This document shows positions 27,851 to 38,032 of a stretch of DNA of 64,000 nucleotides, piece after piece; the stretch's first letter is position 1; the number at the start of each line of letters is the position of its first letter. The position numbers were made by a program, and so were the translations under genes. Source of the stretch: Candidatus Omnitrophota bacterium (GTDB lineage: Bacteria; Omnitrophota; Gorgyraeia; Duberdicusellales; Duberdicusellaceae); assembly GCA_016932855.1 (NCBI GenBank), contig JAFGCB010000030.1, positions 475 through 64,474 on the forward strand. Reading direction: 5' to 3'. The notes below the pieces were generated by a model that saw only the letters and a list, made by a program, of their open reading frames with translations, made no database searches and was not told the origin of the DNA.

Positions 27851-29092
27851 TCAACCTCTAAATTTCTTAAGCGCGAGGGTTATATTATGGCCGCCGAAAC
27901 CTAAAGAATTGGTAAGAACAAATTCAAGCGGCATCTCTTTCAATTTATTAGGAGTGTAATCCAGGTCACACTCAGGGTCAGGCTCCTCCAGATTAATGGT
28001 GGGAAAAACTATACTGTTCTGTATCATAAAACAGCACATTACAAATTCGGCTGAACCTGCCGCGCCTAGCATGTGACCGGTCATAGACTTGGTAGAACTT
28101 ATGGAAACCTTCTTGGCGTGTCGGCCTAAAGCCAATTTTATGGCTTTAGTTTCTGTCTTGTCATTTAAAAAAGTTGATGTACCGTGAGCATTTATGTAAT
28201 CTACCTCATCGGCAGCCATTTTCGCCTCGGCTAAAGCAAACTCCATAGCTTTGGCTGCCGGCTCGCCGCTGGGCTCGGGAGCTGTAATATGGTAAGCATC
28301 GCAGGTCTTTCCTGCGCCTACGATCTCCGCATAAATATTAGCTCCTCTTTTTCTGGCGTGCTCAAGCTCCTCAAGCACAACAATACCTACGCCTTCAGCG
28401 ATTACAAAACCGTCTCTATTCTTATCAAAAGGCCGGCTGGCCTTCTTCGGATCGTCATTGCGGGTAGAAAGAGCTTTAAGAGCGCAAAAGCCGCCTACGC
28501 CCATATAAGTTATACAGGACTCGGTCCCTCCGGAGATTATAATATCGGCCTCATTATATTTAATAGACCTAAAGGCATCAGCTATGGCATGAGATCCGGA
28601 AGCGCAGGCCGTGACCGTACATAGATTTACGCCCCTGCATCCAAAATGAATAGCAACCTGACCCGCTGCTTCATTGGTAATCAAACGAGGGATCATAAAC
28701 GGTGAAAGACGCGAAGGGCCTCTGTCTAGAAAAAGCTTGTACTGCTCTTCAACAGCGTAAAGACTACCGATGCCGGAACCTATTACTACACCTACGCGGT
28801 AAGGATTCTGACTGCTTAAATCCAAACCGCTTTCTGAAACCGCCTCCTTGCTTGCAGCCATGGCAATCTGGACAAACCTGTCTACTCTGCGTAAATCTTT
28901 CTTGAGAAAGTGAAGCTCGGGGTTAAAATCCTTTATTTCGCCGGCGATTCGGGAAATAAACTGGCGGGCATCAAACTGGGTAATTTTATCTATACCGTTC
29001 TGACCTTGAGCTAAGGCTTTAAAGTTCTCTTCCTTGTTTAATCCCAGACAAGAGATTAGACCACAACCTGTTACTACTACCCTTCTTGTCAT
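27851..29092 (-). CDS. fabF: Beta-ketoacyl-ACP synthase II
   Basis: TACASG, NAHGTST, KSMTGHMLGAAG, GFGGHN. Confidence 0.97.
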   Translation of the reverse strand: MTRRVVVTGCGLISCLGLNKEENFKALAQGQNGIDKITQFDARQFISRIAGEIKDFNPELHFLKKDLRRVDRFVQIAMAASKEAVSESGLDLSSQNPYRVGVVIGSGIGSLYAVEEQYKLFLDRGPSRLSPFMIPRLITNEAAGQVAIHFGCRGVNLCTVTACASGSHAIADAFRSIKYNEADIIISGGTESCITYMGVGGFCALKALSTRNDDPKKASRPFDKNRDGFVIAEGVGIVVLEELEHARKRGANIYAEIVGAGKTCDAYHITAPEPSGEPAAKAMEFALAEAKMAADEVDYINAHGTSTFLNDKTETKAIKLALGRHAKKVSISSTKSMTGHMLGAAGSAEFVMCCFMIQNSIVFPTINLEEPDPECDLDYTPNKLKEMPLEFVLTNSLGFGGHNITLALKKFRG

Positions 29093-29101
29093 TTAAAAGA
29101 G

Positions 29102-29347
29102 CTATTCGGTTTTGCCTTTTACTTTCTCGTCAATATATTTTATGGCTTCCCCAACAGTGCCCATCTTTTCGGCATCCTCATCGGGGATTTCGATTCCGAA
29201 TTCTTCCTCCAAGGCCATAACTAATTCCACTGTATCCAAAGAGTCCGCGCCTAAATCATCGACAAAAGAACTTTCCGGTTTAATCTCTTCTGACTTTACT
29301 CCCAGCTGCTCAGCAATGATTGATTTTACTTTCTCTTCAACTGCCAT
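29102..29347 (-). CDS. acpP: Acyl carrier protein
   Basis: [21 protein letters not shown]; GGAGG SD before MAVEEK. Confidence 0.97.
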   Translation of the reverse strand: MAVEEKVKSIIAEQLGVKSEEIKPESSFVDDLGADSLDTVELVMALEEEFGIEIPDEDAEKMGTVGEAIKYIDEKVKGKTE

Positions 29348-29423
29348 ACTTACCTCCTCCTTTGCTCTTTTTCTACATCTCCTGCGAGACGTAAGGACAC
29401 ACAAAAGGACTGTATTTAAAAAT

Positions 29424-30158
29424 TTATGTCATTCCGCCGTCAACTACAATTACCTTACCGGTAATATAATCAGCGGCGCTTGAAGCTAAAAATAGTACTG
29501 CGCCTGATACATCTTTGGCCTCCCCGAAGCGACGAGCCGGAATAATATCAAGCATCTTGCTCTTTACATCCTCGGGAATCTTATCAGTCATGGCTGTCCT
29601 GATGTAACCGGGAGCTACTGCGTTTACGCAAATACCCCTGGAAGCCACTTCTTTTGCCAAAGACTTAGTAAATCCGATTATCGCAGCCTTGGACGAGCCG
29701 TAATTAGTCTGGCCGGGGTTGCCCATAAGGGCAATCACCGACGAAATACTTATTATCTTGCCCGAACGGCTCTTAACCATATATTTTAAGGCCGCTTTAG
29801 AACAGTTAAAAACGCTTTTCAAATTAACGGCAATAACCTTATCCCAGTCTTCTTCTTTAAGCCTCAATAAGAGGCTATCGCGGGTTATCCCCGCATTGTT
29901 AACTAATATATCAATCTTTCCATACTTGTCAATAATTTTATCTAGGGCCTGTCCTACCTTGGAATAGATCGAAGCATCAACGACAAAACTGCTTACCTTG
30001 GAATAGGCGGACAATTCTTTCTCTGCCAGGCTTAAAGCCTCGGCCGTAATATCCAACATGCAGACAATAGCGCCTTTTTGGGCGAAATCAAGAGCTATTT
30101 GTTTTCCTATTCCCTGAGCTGCCCCTGTAATTACTACTACTTTATCTTTAAAGCCCAT
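29424..30158 (-). CDS. fabG: 3-oxoacyl-ACP reductase
   Basis: [21 protein letters not shown]; fab cluster context. Confidence 0.95.
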   Translation of the reverse strand: MGFKDKVVVITGAAQGIGKQIALDFAQKGAIVCMLDITAEALSLAEKELSAYSKVSSFVVDASIYSKVGQALDKIIDKYGKIDILVNNAGITRDSLLLRLKEEDWDKVIAVNLKSVFNCSKAALKYMVKSRSGKIISISSVIALMGNPGQTNYGSSKAAIIGFTKSLAKEVASRGICVNAVAPGYIRTAMTDKIPEDVKSKMLDIIPARRFGEAKDVSGAVLFLASSAADYITGKVIVVDGGMT

Positions 30159-30241
30159 TCTTTCCTCCTTAATTCCTTAAAGCACAGAAAAAGAAGTTTT
30201 TTCTCTATACCCTCATCACTTAATGCCTGGTAGGACTAAAA

Positions 30242-31153
30242 TCAGACCAAAGCGCTTTCGAAATCCTGCATTGAACCGAAATTCACCACCTTAAGAGTGG
30301 AATCGATCTTGCGCAATATACCCTTCAATACTTTTGATGGCCCCACCTCGTAAAATAAGGTTACACCCTCTTTTCTCATGTATTCAACTGACTTAGCCCA
30401 TAAGACAGGCTTGGTTAACTGCTCTATCAGACTCTTGCGTATCTGATCTTTATCTCTGTAAGCAACAGCGTCTACGTTACTTACAATTGGGATTTCGGCG
30501 TCTCGAAAATTCAAAGAATACGCTACTTCTCTTAGATTGGCCTCTGCCTCTTTCATAAAAGGAGAATGAAACCCTCCGCTTACTTCCAACTCTACGATAC
30601 GCTTGGCCTGCTTAACTTCAAAATATTGTCTTACCGCTTCTTTCTTGTCCGCGTCCAAAGATATAACAACCTGGCCCGGACAGTTTAAATTCGCGATATA
30701 AAATAAGCCGGAATTACCCTCTTCTAAATCTTCAGAATTTACGCCTAAGACCGCGTACATACAAGAAGGGTTATTCCTGGCGGCTTGAGCCATAAACTCT
30801 GCTCTTTTCTTGACTAAAACAAGGGCGTCTTGAAAACTTAAAACACCCCCCGCATATAAAGCGGTATATTCACCCAAGCTCAACCCAGCGTAAAATAAAG
30901 GCTGGATATCTTTCTTGCTTTTTAGAATTTGGAAGTTTACGGAACTTACTAAGAATATAGCAAGCTGTTGATAGAGAGTATCCTTTAACTTAAGGTCCGA
31001 ACCGGAAAAGCAAACAGATGAAATATCCTGGCCTAAAATACTGTCGGCTTTATCAAACAGAGCCTTGGCTTCGTGAAAATTGTCAAAAAGGTCCTTGCCC
31101 ATGCCTTCGTATTGCGAACCCTGGCCGGGAAATATAACTGCCATTTTACTCAT
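30242..31153 (-). CDS. fabD: Malonyl-CoA:ACP transacylase
   Basis: FPGQGSQ, GLSLGEY, SGGFHS. Confidence 0.95.
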   Translation of the reverse strand: MSKMAVIFPGQGSQYEGMGKDLFDNFHEAKALFDKADSILGQDISSVCFSGSDLKLKDTLYQQLAIFLVSSVNFQILKSKKDIQPLFYAGLSLGEYTALYAGGVLSFQDALVLVKKRAEFMAQAARNNPSCMYAVLGVNSEDLEEGNSGLFYIANLNCPGQVVISLDADKKEAVRQYFEVKQAKRIVELEVSGGFHSPFMKEAEANLREVAYSLNFRDAEIPIVSNVDAVAYRDKDQIRKSLIEQLTKPVLWAKSVEYMRKEGVTLFYEVGPSKVLKGILRKIDSTLKVVNFGSMQDFESALV

Positions 31154-31195
31154 ATCTAATCTGGTTTACAGCCCATATTGTATTTATGATGCGGG

Positions 31196-31296
31196 GTCAT
31201 ACTGTAGTCATACTGTAGTCATACTGTAGTCATACATAGCCATACAATTGTTTGACTATTGTATGACGGCCGAAGGGTGTATGACTATTGCGTGAC
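31196..31296. repeat. Head-to-head 11-mer array (GTCATACTGTA x3 plus degenerate and inverted units)
   Basis: Three exact units at 31196-31228, then TGTATGACTAT-type inverted units. Confidence 0.85.
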
Positions 31297-31302
31297 ATTA
31301 TG

Positions 31303-32301
31303 TTATGTCCACTTAATCACGCAAGAACCCCAAACAAGGCCTCCGCCAAAAGCATCCAAAACCACTATATCGCCCTTTTTAATCCGGCCCTGCTCATAGG
31401 CTTCACACAAAGCAACAGCGGTAGAAGCTGAAGACATATTACCGTATTTATGTATATTAACGAAGACTTGCTCCTGGGTTAGATTGAGCCTCTTAGCCAC
31501 GGCATTAATAATTCTTAAATTCGCCTGATGAGGAATCAATAAATCTAAATCCGAATTTTTGAGCCCACATTTCTTAAGCACCTTTTGGGCGCACTCAACC
31601 ATTATTCTTACGGCAATCTTAAAAAGTTCGTTTCCCTGCATCTTGATATAGTGCAATCTTTTTTTAACTGTCTGATTTGCGGCCGGCAGCCTGCTTCCGC
31701 CGGCAGGAAGGATAAGTAAATCCGCGAAGTTGCCGTCTCCTCCCAGATACATACCAAGCATTCCCGAAGAAGGTTTAGCAGGAACTACCACACAGGCGCC
31801 GGCCCCGTCTCCGAAAAGAATACAGGTAGAACGGTCTTTCCAGTCGGTAATACTGGATAGAATTTCGCTTCCTACAACGAGAGCGTTTTTGTAAAAGCCG
31901 CCCCCCACCAAAGACCAGGCAAGACCAAGAGCATATACAAAACCTGCGCAGGCCGCGCTAACATCCAGCACAGCGGCGTTTTTTGCTCCGATATCTTTCT
32001 GAATATAGCAGGCAGTGGAGGGAAATTGAGTATCAGGAGTGATTGTGGCTACGATTATTAGCTCTACGTCTTTAGGCTTGATCGAGGCCCGCTTTAAAGC
32101 CTTTAAAGACGCGTCCGAACCTAAAATAGAGGCGTATTCTTTATCTACTATTCTTCTCTCTTTAATCCCGGTCCTGGTGGTAATCCAATCCTCGGAAGTA
32201 TCCACCATTTTCTCTAAATCAAGATTAGTAAGGATTCTCTTCGGTAAACACTTACCCAGTCCAACAATCTTAATTGAATCAACCTTGCTATGACTATACA
32301 T
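31303..32301 (-). CDS. fabH: Beta-ketoacyl-ACP synthase III
   Basis: DTSEDWITTRTGI, AACAGF, HQANLRI, GNMSSAS. Confidence 0.97.
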   Translation of the reverse strand: MYSHSKVDSIKIVGLGKCLPKRILTNLDLEKMVDTSEDWITTRTGIKERRIVDKEYASILGSDASLKALKRASIKPKDVELIIVATITPDTQFPSTACYIQKDIGAKNAAVLDVSAACAGFVYALGLAWSLVGGGFYKNALVVGSEILSSITDWKDRSTCILFGDGAGACVVVPAKPSSGMLGMYLGGDGNFADLLILPAGGSRLPAANQTVKKRLHYIKMQGNELFKIAVRIMVECAQKVLKKCGLKNSDLDLLIPHQANLRIINAVAKRLNLTQEQVFVNIHKYGNMSSASTAVALCEAYEQGRIKKGDIVVLDAFGGGLVWGSCVIKWT

Positions 32302-33316
32302 TTATTCGCTCTTGGATCTGGTGGTTTACGTCTCTTTCTAATTCTCGGACAGCTACCCTTATAGCGTTTTTAACTGCCTTAGCGTTGGAGCGGCCGTGAC
32401 CTATTATAACCACACCGTTTACCCCTAAAAGGGGCGCTCCTCCGTACTCGCTATAATCCATAATCTTGCTGAATCTTTTAAGACTCCTCTTTAGCAAAAG
32501 GAATCCTATTAATCCAAGAATATCCTTTTTTACTTCCGAGGCCATAAAATGGCCGACGGCTTCGGCAAAGCCTTCGGTCACTTTAAGAGCGATGTTGCCG
32601 GCAAGGCCGTCGGAAACAATACAATCGCACTTTCCTAAAAATATATCCTTAGGTTCAATATTTCCGATAAAACCAGGGCAGCTTTCTCTAAGAAGCAAAG
32701 CTGTCTCTCTTAAAAACTCAGGACCCTTGGTTTCTTCCTCGCCGATATTTAAAAGACCTATTGAAGGACTTTTCTTATCGAGGACTTTCTTTGAATAAAC
32801 CTCGGCCATTAAAGCATACTGCATAAGATGAATAGGCTTAGGGTCTATATTTGCTCCTACATCTATCATAAAAGATGGCCCTTTTAAAGTAGGAACCACA
32901 AGGCCTATGCCCGGCCTTTCTACTTGCTGAATTAACCCCAAATATACCGTGGACGCGCATACAAGCGCGCCGGTATTTCCGCAGCTTACAAGAGCGTCCG
33001 CCTCTTTATCTTTAAGAAGGTTAACTCCCAATACTATTGAAGATTTTTTCTTTCTCCTTACAGACAAAGCAGGAGACTCATCCATTTTAATCTCTTCAGA
33101 CGCATCAACTATCCGGGGCATAAATCCAGGACATGTTTTTTCTATCTCGCGCTCTATCAAGTCCTTTTTACCTACCAGGATAATCTCCACTTCGCTTAAT
33201 CCTAAAGAGGCAAAATAAGCCCCTTCTACTGTTGCCTGAGGTGCGAAATCACCTCCCATAGCATCTACTGCAATTCTTCTCTTTTTATTAATAGGATTAC
33301 TAACTTGTTCCATCAT
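32294..33316 (-). CDS. plsX: Phosphate acyltransferase
   Basis: IAVDAMGGD, GNTGA, LLNIGEE, YGGAPLLGV. Confidence 0.96.
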   Translation of the reverse strand: MMEQVSNPINKKRRIAVDAMGGDFAPQATVEGAYFASLGLSEVEIILVGKKDLIEREIEKTCPGFMPRIVDASEEIKMDESPALSVRRKKKSSIVLGVNLLKDKEADALVSCGNTGALVCASTVYLGLIQQVERPGIGLVVPTLKGPSFMIDVGANIDPKPIHLMQYALMAEVYSKKVLDKKSPSIGLLNIGEEETKGPEFLRETALLLRESCPGFIGNIEPKDIFLGKCDCIVSDGLAGNIALKVTEGFAEAVGHFMASEVKKDILGLIGFLLLKRSLKRFSKIMDYSEYGGAPLLGVNGVVIIGHGRSNAKAVKNAIRVAVRELERDVNHQIQERINV

Positions 33317-33372
33317 CCTTGCCTTATAAAATTGAAGCCTTAGAAAATAAACTTATTCAAGGCTTAAGGGGA

Positions 33373-33573
33373 TTATCGCTTCTTCTTTTTAGCCTTATCT
33401 TTTATAATTAATACTTTTCTTCCTTTATAATAGCCGCAAAAAGGACAGACTCGATAAGGCGGTTTTAAATTTTTACACTGAGAACAAACCGTTAATGTAG
33501 GTGTTTTTGAACGCTGATGAGTCCTCCTCTTTCGGGTTCTTGAACGAGAATGCTTTCTCTTAGGATGGGCCAT
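33373..33573 (-). CDS. rpmF: 50S ribosomal protein L32
   Basis: MAHPKRKHSRSR, CxxC...CPFCGYYKG. Confidence 0.96.
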   Translation of the reverse strand: MAHPKRKHSRSRTRKRRTHQRSKTPTLTVCSQCKNLKPPYRVCPFCGYYKGRKVLIIKDKAKKKKR

Positions 33574-33639
33574 TAAAAACCTCCCTGATTAAATTGCGAT
33601 ATTGTTAAATTGTTATATTGCTATATTGAAATAGATAAT

Positions 33640-34050
33640 TTACTTTTTACAGGTGCATTTTTCCAGGTTTAAATTCTTACCACAGCCCGGACAAATCCCC
33701 TTACAATCATCTTTGCACAAAGGCTTCATCGGCCATTCAAGAAGCATCTCTTCTCTTATCCGGTCATCCACTTCTAAGAATTGACCAAGTTTACTCTTGT
33801 CGTAAGATAAATAGAAATCCTGGGTTAAATCCTTTGTTGTAAACTGTAAACAACGACTGCATCGGATCTTACGCAAACTTGAAACTGAAACTTTAACCAA
33901 AATCTCTTTATCAATCTTTCTAAACTCGCAACACAGATTAATCTCGCCGGTAAACTCAACTTCATGGGTATCCAAACCCCAAGTTGAAGCCTTTATACTC
34001 TCTTCTCTGGTAATCGGCTCTTCATTAATGCTATTAATATCTAATCTCAT
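33640..34050 (-). CDS. YceD/DUF177 family protein
   Basis: CSRCL and PLCKDDCKGICPGCGKNLN; upstream of rpmF. Confidence 0.88.
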   Translation of the reverse strand: MRLDINSINEEPITREESIKASTWGLDTHEVEFTGEINLCCEFRKIDKEILVKVSVSSLRKIRCSRCLQFTTKDLTQDFYLSYDKSKLGQFLEVDDRIREEMLLEWPMKPLCKDDCKGICPGCGKNLNLEKCTCKK

Positions 34051-34519
34051 CTTTCTTGCGGACCAAAGCCTTAAGAACATAAGACGGAACAAAACGAGAA
34101 ATATCCGCGCCCAAAAAAAAGGCTTCTTTTATAAGACGGGAAGACACATAGGAATAGTTAGGCTCAGGCATAAGAAACATTGTTTCTATGTCCGGCTTTA
34201 TCGTTCGATTGGTAAGAGCCATCTGAAATTCATATTCAAAATCAGAAATCATCCGCAAGCCTCTTAAAATAATCTTGATCTTCTTAAGCTTCGCATAATC
34301 AACCACCAGCCCCTCGAATCCCTCAACTTTAACCTTTTTAAAACCCTTAAGGCATTTTTTAACAAGGTCCATTCTCTCCTCAAAATCAAAAAGAGTATCT
34401 TTAGGAGATTTTGCTACCACAGCCACGCAAACCTGGTCAAAAAGCTTTATGGATCGTTTGATAAGGTCTATATGACCCAAGGTTATAGGGTCAAAACTTC
34501 CTGGATATAATACTTTCAT
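34034..34519 (-). CDS. coaD: Pantetheine-phosphate adenylyltransferase
   Basis: YPGSFDPITLGH, RGLRMISDFEYE. Confidence 0.97.
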   Translation of the reverse strand: MKVLYPGSFDPITLGHIDLIKRSIKLFDQVCVAVVAKSPKDTLFDFEERMDLVKKCLKGFKKVKVEGFEGLVVDYAKLKKIKIILRGLRMISDFEYEFQMALTNRTIKPDIETMFLMPEPNYSYVSSRLIKEAFFLGADISRFVPSYVLKALVRKKDEIRY

Positions 34520-34541
34520 TTTTCCGATTTGGCTTTTTAGG

Positions 34542-35087
34542 CTATTTCCTTAAAGGGGTATATAACCTGACTGATCTATCACCGTAAAACCGCTCAAAAT
34601 GACAAAAAAAACCCCCATCTTCAACGCTTTCTTTGCGAAAACCAAGAATAACTATAAAACCAGAAGGCTCTACTATATCATAGGCCCCTATAGTTTTCAA
34701 GGACTTTGTAAGTAGCCCTTTATGGTAAGGCGGATCGAGAAAAATCAGGTCGAACTTTTTCTGCTTTTGGTGAAAAATCTGACAAGCAAACAGTGAATCT
34801 TTTAAATAAATCTTTGAAAATCCTAAAAGCCCTAAAGAAGACAAATTTTTCCGCACAATATTTACGCAGCTTCGCTTAATATCCACAAACACCGCCTCCT
34901 CTGCACCCCAAGATAACGCCTCTATGCCTAAAGCCCCTGAGCCGGCAAATAAATCCAGCACAGACCCGCCTTGTATATGCTCCCTAAATACATTATAAAG
35001 AACTTTTCGAATCCTTGCCTCCACTGCCCGCGCGGATTTAAGAGTTTGAATTTTTCGCGATTTTAAGTTTCCGGCTACGATATACAT
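34542..35087 (-). CDS. rsmD: 16S rRNA m2G966 methyltransferase
   Basis: LDLFAGSGALGIEALS, DPPY; recG-rsmD-coaD synteny. Confidence 0.88.
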   Translation of the reverse strand: MYIVAGNLKSRKIQTLKSARAVEARIRKVLYNVFREHIQGGSVLDLFAGSGALGIEALSWGAEEAVFVDIKRSCVNIVRKNLSSLGLLGFSKIYLKDSLFACQIFHQKQKKFDLIFLDPPYHKGLLTKSLKTIGAYDIVEPSGFIVILGFRKESVEDGGFFCHFERFYGDRSVRLYTPLRK

Positions 35088-35093
35088 ATATAT

Positions 35094-35320
35094 AAACCCC
35101 AAATCCCAATACTACCAAATCCCAAGTAAACTCAATCCTGAACCACATAAAAGATGGATTCAGGATTGCCCTGTGCCGAATTTATTCTGGTACAGGGCAA
35201 AGCCCCAAATCCAAAACCTATTGGGATTTGGGGTTTGGGATTTTGGCCCTTCGAACATACTCAAAGCCATCCTTAATATTCCCGAAAGATGGGATTGATT
35301 TGATATTTGGAATTTGACAC
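35094..35320. repeat. Heptamer array (CCAAATC / TTGGGAT) with nested hairpins
   Basis: CAATCCTGA...TCAGGATTG and GCCCTGTRCC...GGTACAGGGC hairpins inside repeated ccaaatc/ttgggat units. Confidence 0.75.
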
Positions 35321-35338
35321 TTATCATTACCCAAAGCG

Positions 35339-37390
35339 TTAGCTGGCTTGCCAGAGAAGACCCTTGTCTATATACTCTTTTATTGCCGAATTTAACTCCT
35401 TATGTTGCCTGAGCTCTAAATAAGGATCTTTTTTAATTACCTTAAAAGCCCGGCTTCGGGCGGTTTCAAGTATTTTTAAATCATCCTGGCTCGAGGCAAT
35501 ACTTGTAGGCAAATAACCGGCCTGAAGGGTTCCGAATAAGTCTCCGGGGCCTCTTAATTCTAAATCCTGCTCGGCTATCTTGAACCCATCGCAAGTTTCG
35601 GCAATAACTTCCAGTCTTTTTCTTGCCGAAGAATAAATATCTTTTTTAGCTATCATAAAAAAATAGGAGGGTAAATTGGATCTGGTAATCCGGCCTCTCA
35701 ACTGATGAAGTTGAGCAAGGCCGAATCTTTCCGGGTTTTCCACTACCATAACTGTAGCATTAGGAATATCAAGGCCCACCTCTACAACTAAAGTAGACAC
35801 TAAAATATCTATTTCGTTATTCTTAAAATTATTAAGGACACTCTGTTTCTGCCGGGAATCAAGCCTGCCGTGCAAAAGCCCTAAACGCAAAGATTTAAAT
35901 TCTTTAACCAATCTTTCATACATCTGGACCGCCGGATATAAATCCTCCTGGCTGCTTTCCTCTACTAAGGCATAGATTATATAAACCTGGCGGCCTTCTT
36001 GAACCTTTTGCCTAATAAATTCATATACTTTTCCGCGTTCTTTTTCCTTTACGATTTCAGTCCGGGCGAACTTTCTTCCTTTAGGATATTCCTTTATTAA
36101 AGAAACTTCCAAATCTCCGTAGAGGGTAAGGGCAAGGCTGCGGGGTATCGGAGTTGCGCTCATCACTAAAATATCAGCATCGATGCCTTTACGGGCCAAA
36201 AGAGCCCTTTGGGCTACGCCAAACCTGTGCTGCTCATCAACAACGACGAATCTTAAATTTTTAAATCGTAAATCCTCGTTCAAAAGGGCATGCGTTCCGA
36301 CTATGATATCAATCTTGCCCTGGGAAAGTTTAGCATAGATATCTTTACGTTTTTTTATAGCAAGACCGGAAGTAATAATATCAATCTTTAAATCAAGCCC
36401 TTTAGCCAAACCTTCTAAAGTTTTCTTGTGCTGAATAGCTAAAACTTCGGTAGGAACCATAAAGGCAACCTGAAAACCGGACCTGGCTACACAAAAGGCG
36501 GCAATTGAAGCTACAACCGTCTTTCCGCTTCCCACATCCCCCTGAAGAAGGCGGCTGTTTCTTAAATCCGAGCTTACATCTGAAAACACCTCGCAAATAG
36601 CTTTTTCCTGATCCCCGGTAAGAGTAAAACCAAAGTTATTTTTTACTTTATCGACGACTGAATGATCTATAGATAAAGCAGGACGCCTTTTTAATCTAAG
36701 CTCTGCCTTGCGCCTGAAAAGAAGAATCTGCATAATAAAAAATTCTTCGAAGATAAAGCGCTGTCGGGATCTTTTTATATCTTCAAAGCTTGCCGGAGAA
36801 TGAATGCCGGAAAGAGCTTCCAGGATATTAGGAAAATTATATTCTTTGCGGATATCAAAAGGTATAGTCTCAACTATCTGATTACGATAGTTACTAAAAC
36901 ATGTCCGTATAAGTCTTCTTAAATTATTCTGGCTAAGGCCCTGAGTAAGCCGATAAAAGGCAACTATCCCCGAAATATCAAGATCGTCTTCGGAATTAAG
37001 CCTTTCGAATTCAGCCGAGACGATCTGAAGCCTGTCGTTATAGCGCTGGATTTTACCGTAAAAATAATAGCTTAAACCTATTTTTAGATAATCTTTAAGA
37101 TAAGGCTGGTTAAACCATATCCCCTGAATATTTCCCGTTGAATCCCTTAAACTTGCCCTTATGGTTGCTTTTCTTCCATAAAAAGCCTGACTTACTTTAA
37201 GGCTAGTAATTTCCGCTCTAATCAAAGAGGTTTTACCTTCTTCCAGAAGATTTATCTGCTCTATATGGCTTCTATCTTGATATCTCACCGGAAAATAATA
37301 GAGAAGGTCTTTTAAGAAAAATACACCTACTCTATTAAGAATCTTTTCCCTCTTAGGACCAACCCCTTTTACGTATCGTATTGGAATCAT
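35339..37390 (-). CDS. recG: ATP-dependent DNA helicase RecG
   Basis: QGDVGSGKT, DEQHRFG, SATPIPR, QLHQLRGR, DLELRGPG; start moved to MIPIRYVKGVG. Confidence 0.96.
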   Translation of the reverse strand: MIPIRYVKGVGPKREKILNRVGVFFLKDLLYYFPVRYQDRSHIEQINLLEEGKTSLIRAEITSLKVSQAFYGRKATIRASLRDSTGNIQGIWFNQPYLKDYLKIGLSYYFYGKIQRYNDRLQIVSAEFERLNSEDDLDISGIVAFYRLTQGLSQNNLRRLIRTCFSNYRNQIVETIPFDIRKEYNFPNILEALSGIHSPASFEDIKRSRQRFIFEEFFIMQILLFRRKAELRLKRRPALSIDHSVVDKVKNNFGFTLTGDQEKAICEVFSDVSSDLRNSRLLQGDVGSGKTVVASIAAFCVARSGFQVAFMVPTEVLAIQHKKTLEGLAKGLDLKIDIITSGLAIKKRKDIYAKLSQGKIDIIVGTHALLNEDLRFKNLRFVVVDEQHRFGVAQRALLARKGIDADILVMSATPIPRSLALTLYGDLEVSLIKEYPKGRKFARTEIVKEKERGKVYEFIRQKVQEGRQVYIIYALVEESSQEDLYPAVQMYERLVKEFKSLRLGLLHGRLDSRQKQSVLNNFKNNEIDILVSTLVVEVGLDIPNATVMVVENPERFGLAQLHQLRGRITRSNLPSYFFMIAKKDIYSSARKRLEVIAETCDGFKIAEQDLELRGPGDLFGTLQAGYLPTSIASSQDDLKILETARSRAFKVIKKDPYLELRQHKELNSAIKEYIDKGLLWQAS

Positions 37391-37416
37391 TTTTTTACAC
37401 AGATAACCACAGCCCT

Positions 37417-37546
37417 TTTCGGGCATCGCGTGTAGGGTTTCGGGTTTCATGATTATTATTTCCGATGTCCCATGCCCCGCCTTCGTCAAGACTTCGGCGG
37501 GCAGCCCTCCGGAGCTTTAGCGCAGGAGGGCCGAAACCCGACACCC
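37417..37546 (-). repeat. Composite heptamer/REP element, copy 2 (inverted)
   Basis: Reverse complement aligns with 27703-27828. Confidence 0.88.
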
Positions 37547-37548
37547 TG

Positions 37549-38013
37549 CTAGCATTGTCTGCGTATGTTGCTGTCGAGAATAATATTAACCGGACCGTAA
37601 CTGACAGCTTCGATAATCATCTCTGCCCCGAAGACGCCTTCAACAGAGCTTAAACCCGCTTCTTTTATCTTGCTGCAGAACAAATCAAAAAATTCCCTTC
37701 CTTTTTGAGGAACAGCTGCCTTGTCAAAAGAAGGCCTTCTGCCCTTTCTGACCGATGCAGCTAAGGTAAAATTGGGTATGCACATAATTTCAAAATTCTT
37801 ATCCTTAATCGATAGATTCATTTTTCCCTGGTCGTCTTCGAATATCCGCAAATTTACGATCTTATCTACCAGAAAATCTAAATCATCCAAGCTGTCGCTT
37901 TCTTCCACGCCGATAAATACCAGCAACCCTTGACTTACCTGGCCTATAAATCTTGCTTCCCGCTCCTTGACAGAAAGACTAACTTTTTTAACTCGTTGTA
38001 TAAGCGCTTTCAT
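37549..38013 (-). CDS. dtd: D-aminoacyl-tRNA deacylase
   Basis: MKALIQRV, LRIFEDDQGKMNLS, FTL, KGRRPSF, GPV. Confidence 0.94.
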   Translation of the reverse strand: MKALIQRVKKVSLSVKEREARFIGQVSQGLLVFIGVEESDSLDDLDFLVDKIVNLRIFEDDQGKMNLSIKDKNFEIMCIPNFTLAASVRKGRRPSFDKAAVPQKGREFFDLFCSKIKEAGLSSVEGVFGAEMIIEAVSYGPVNIILDSNIRRQC

Positions 38014-38032
38014 AATACCTCCCGTTCGCAAC

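Noticed and set aside
30242-31153. FabD GLSLG instead of GHSLG as a sign of inactivity
   Set aside because: The catalytic Ser is retained and this variant is common
31196-31296. CRISPR array
   Set aside because: Units are 11 bp and contiguous, with no unique spacers
37391-37489. N-terminal extension of RecG in the ORF track
   Set aside because: Runs through repeat DNA; RecG similarity starts at MIPIRYVKGVG
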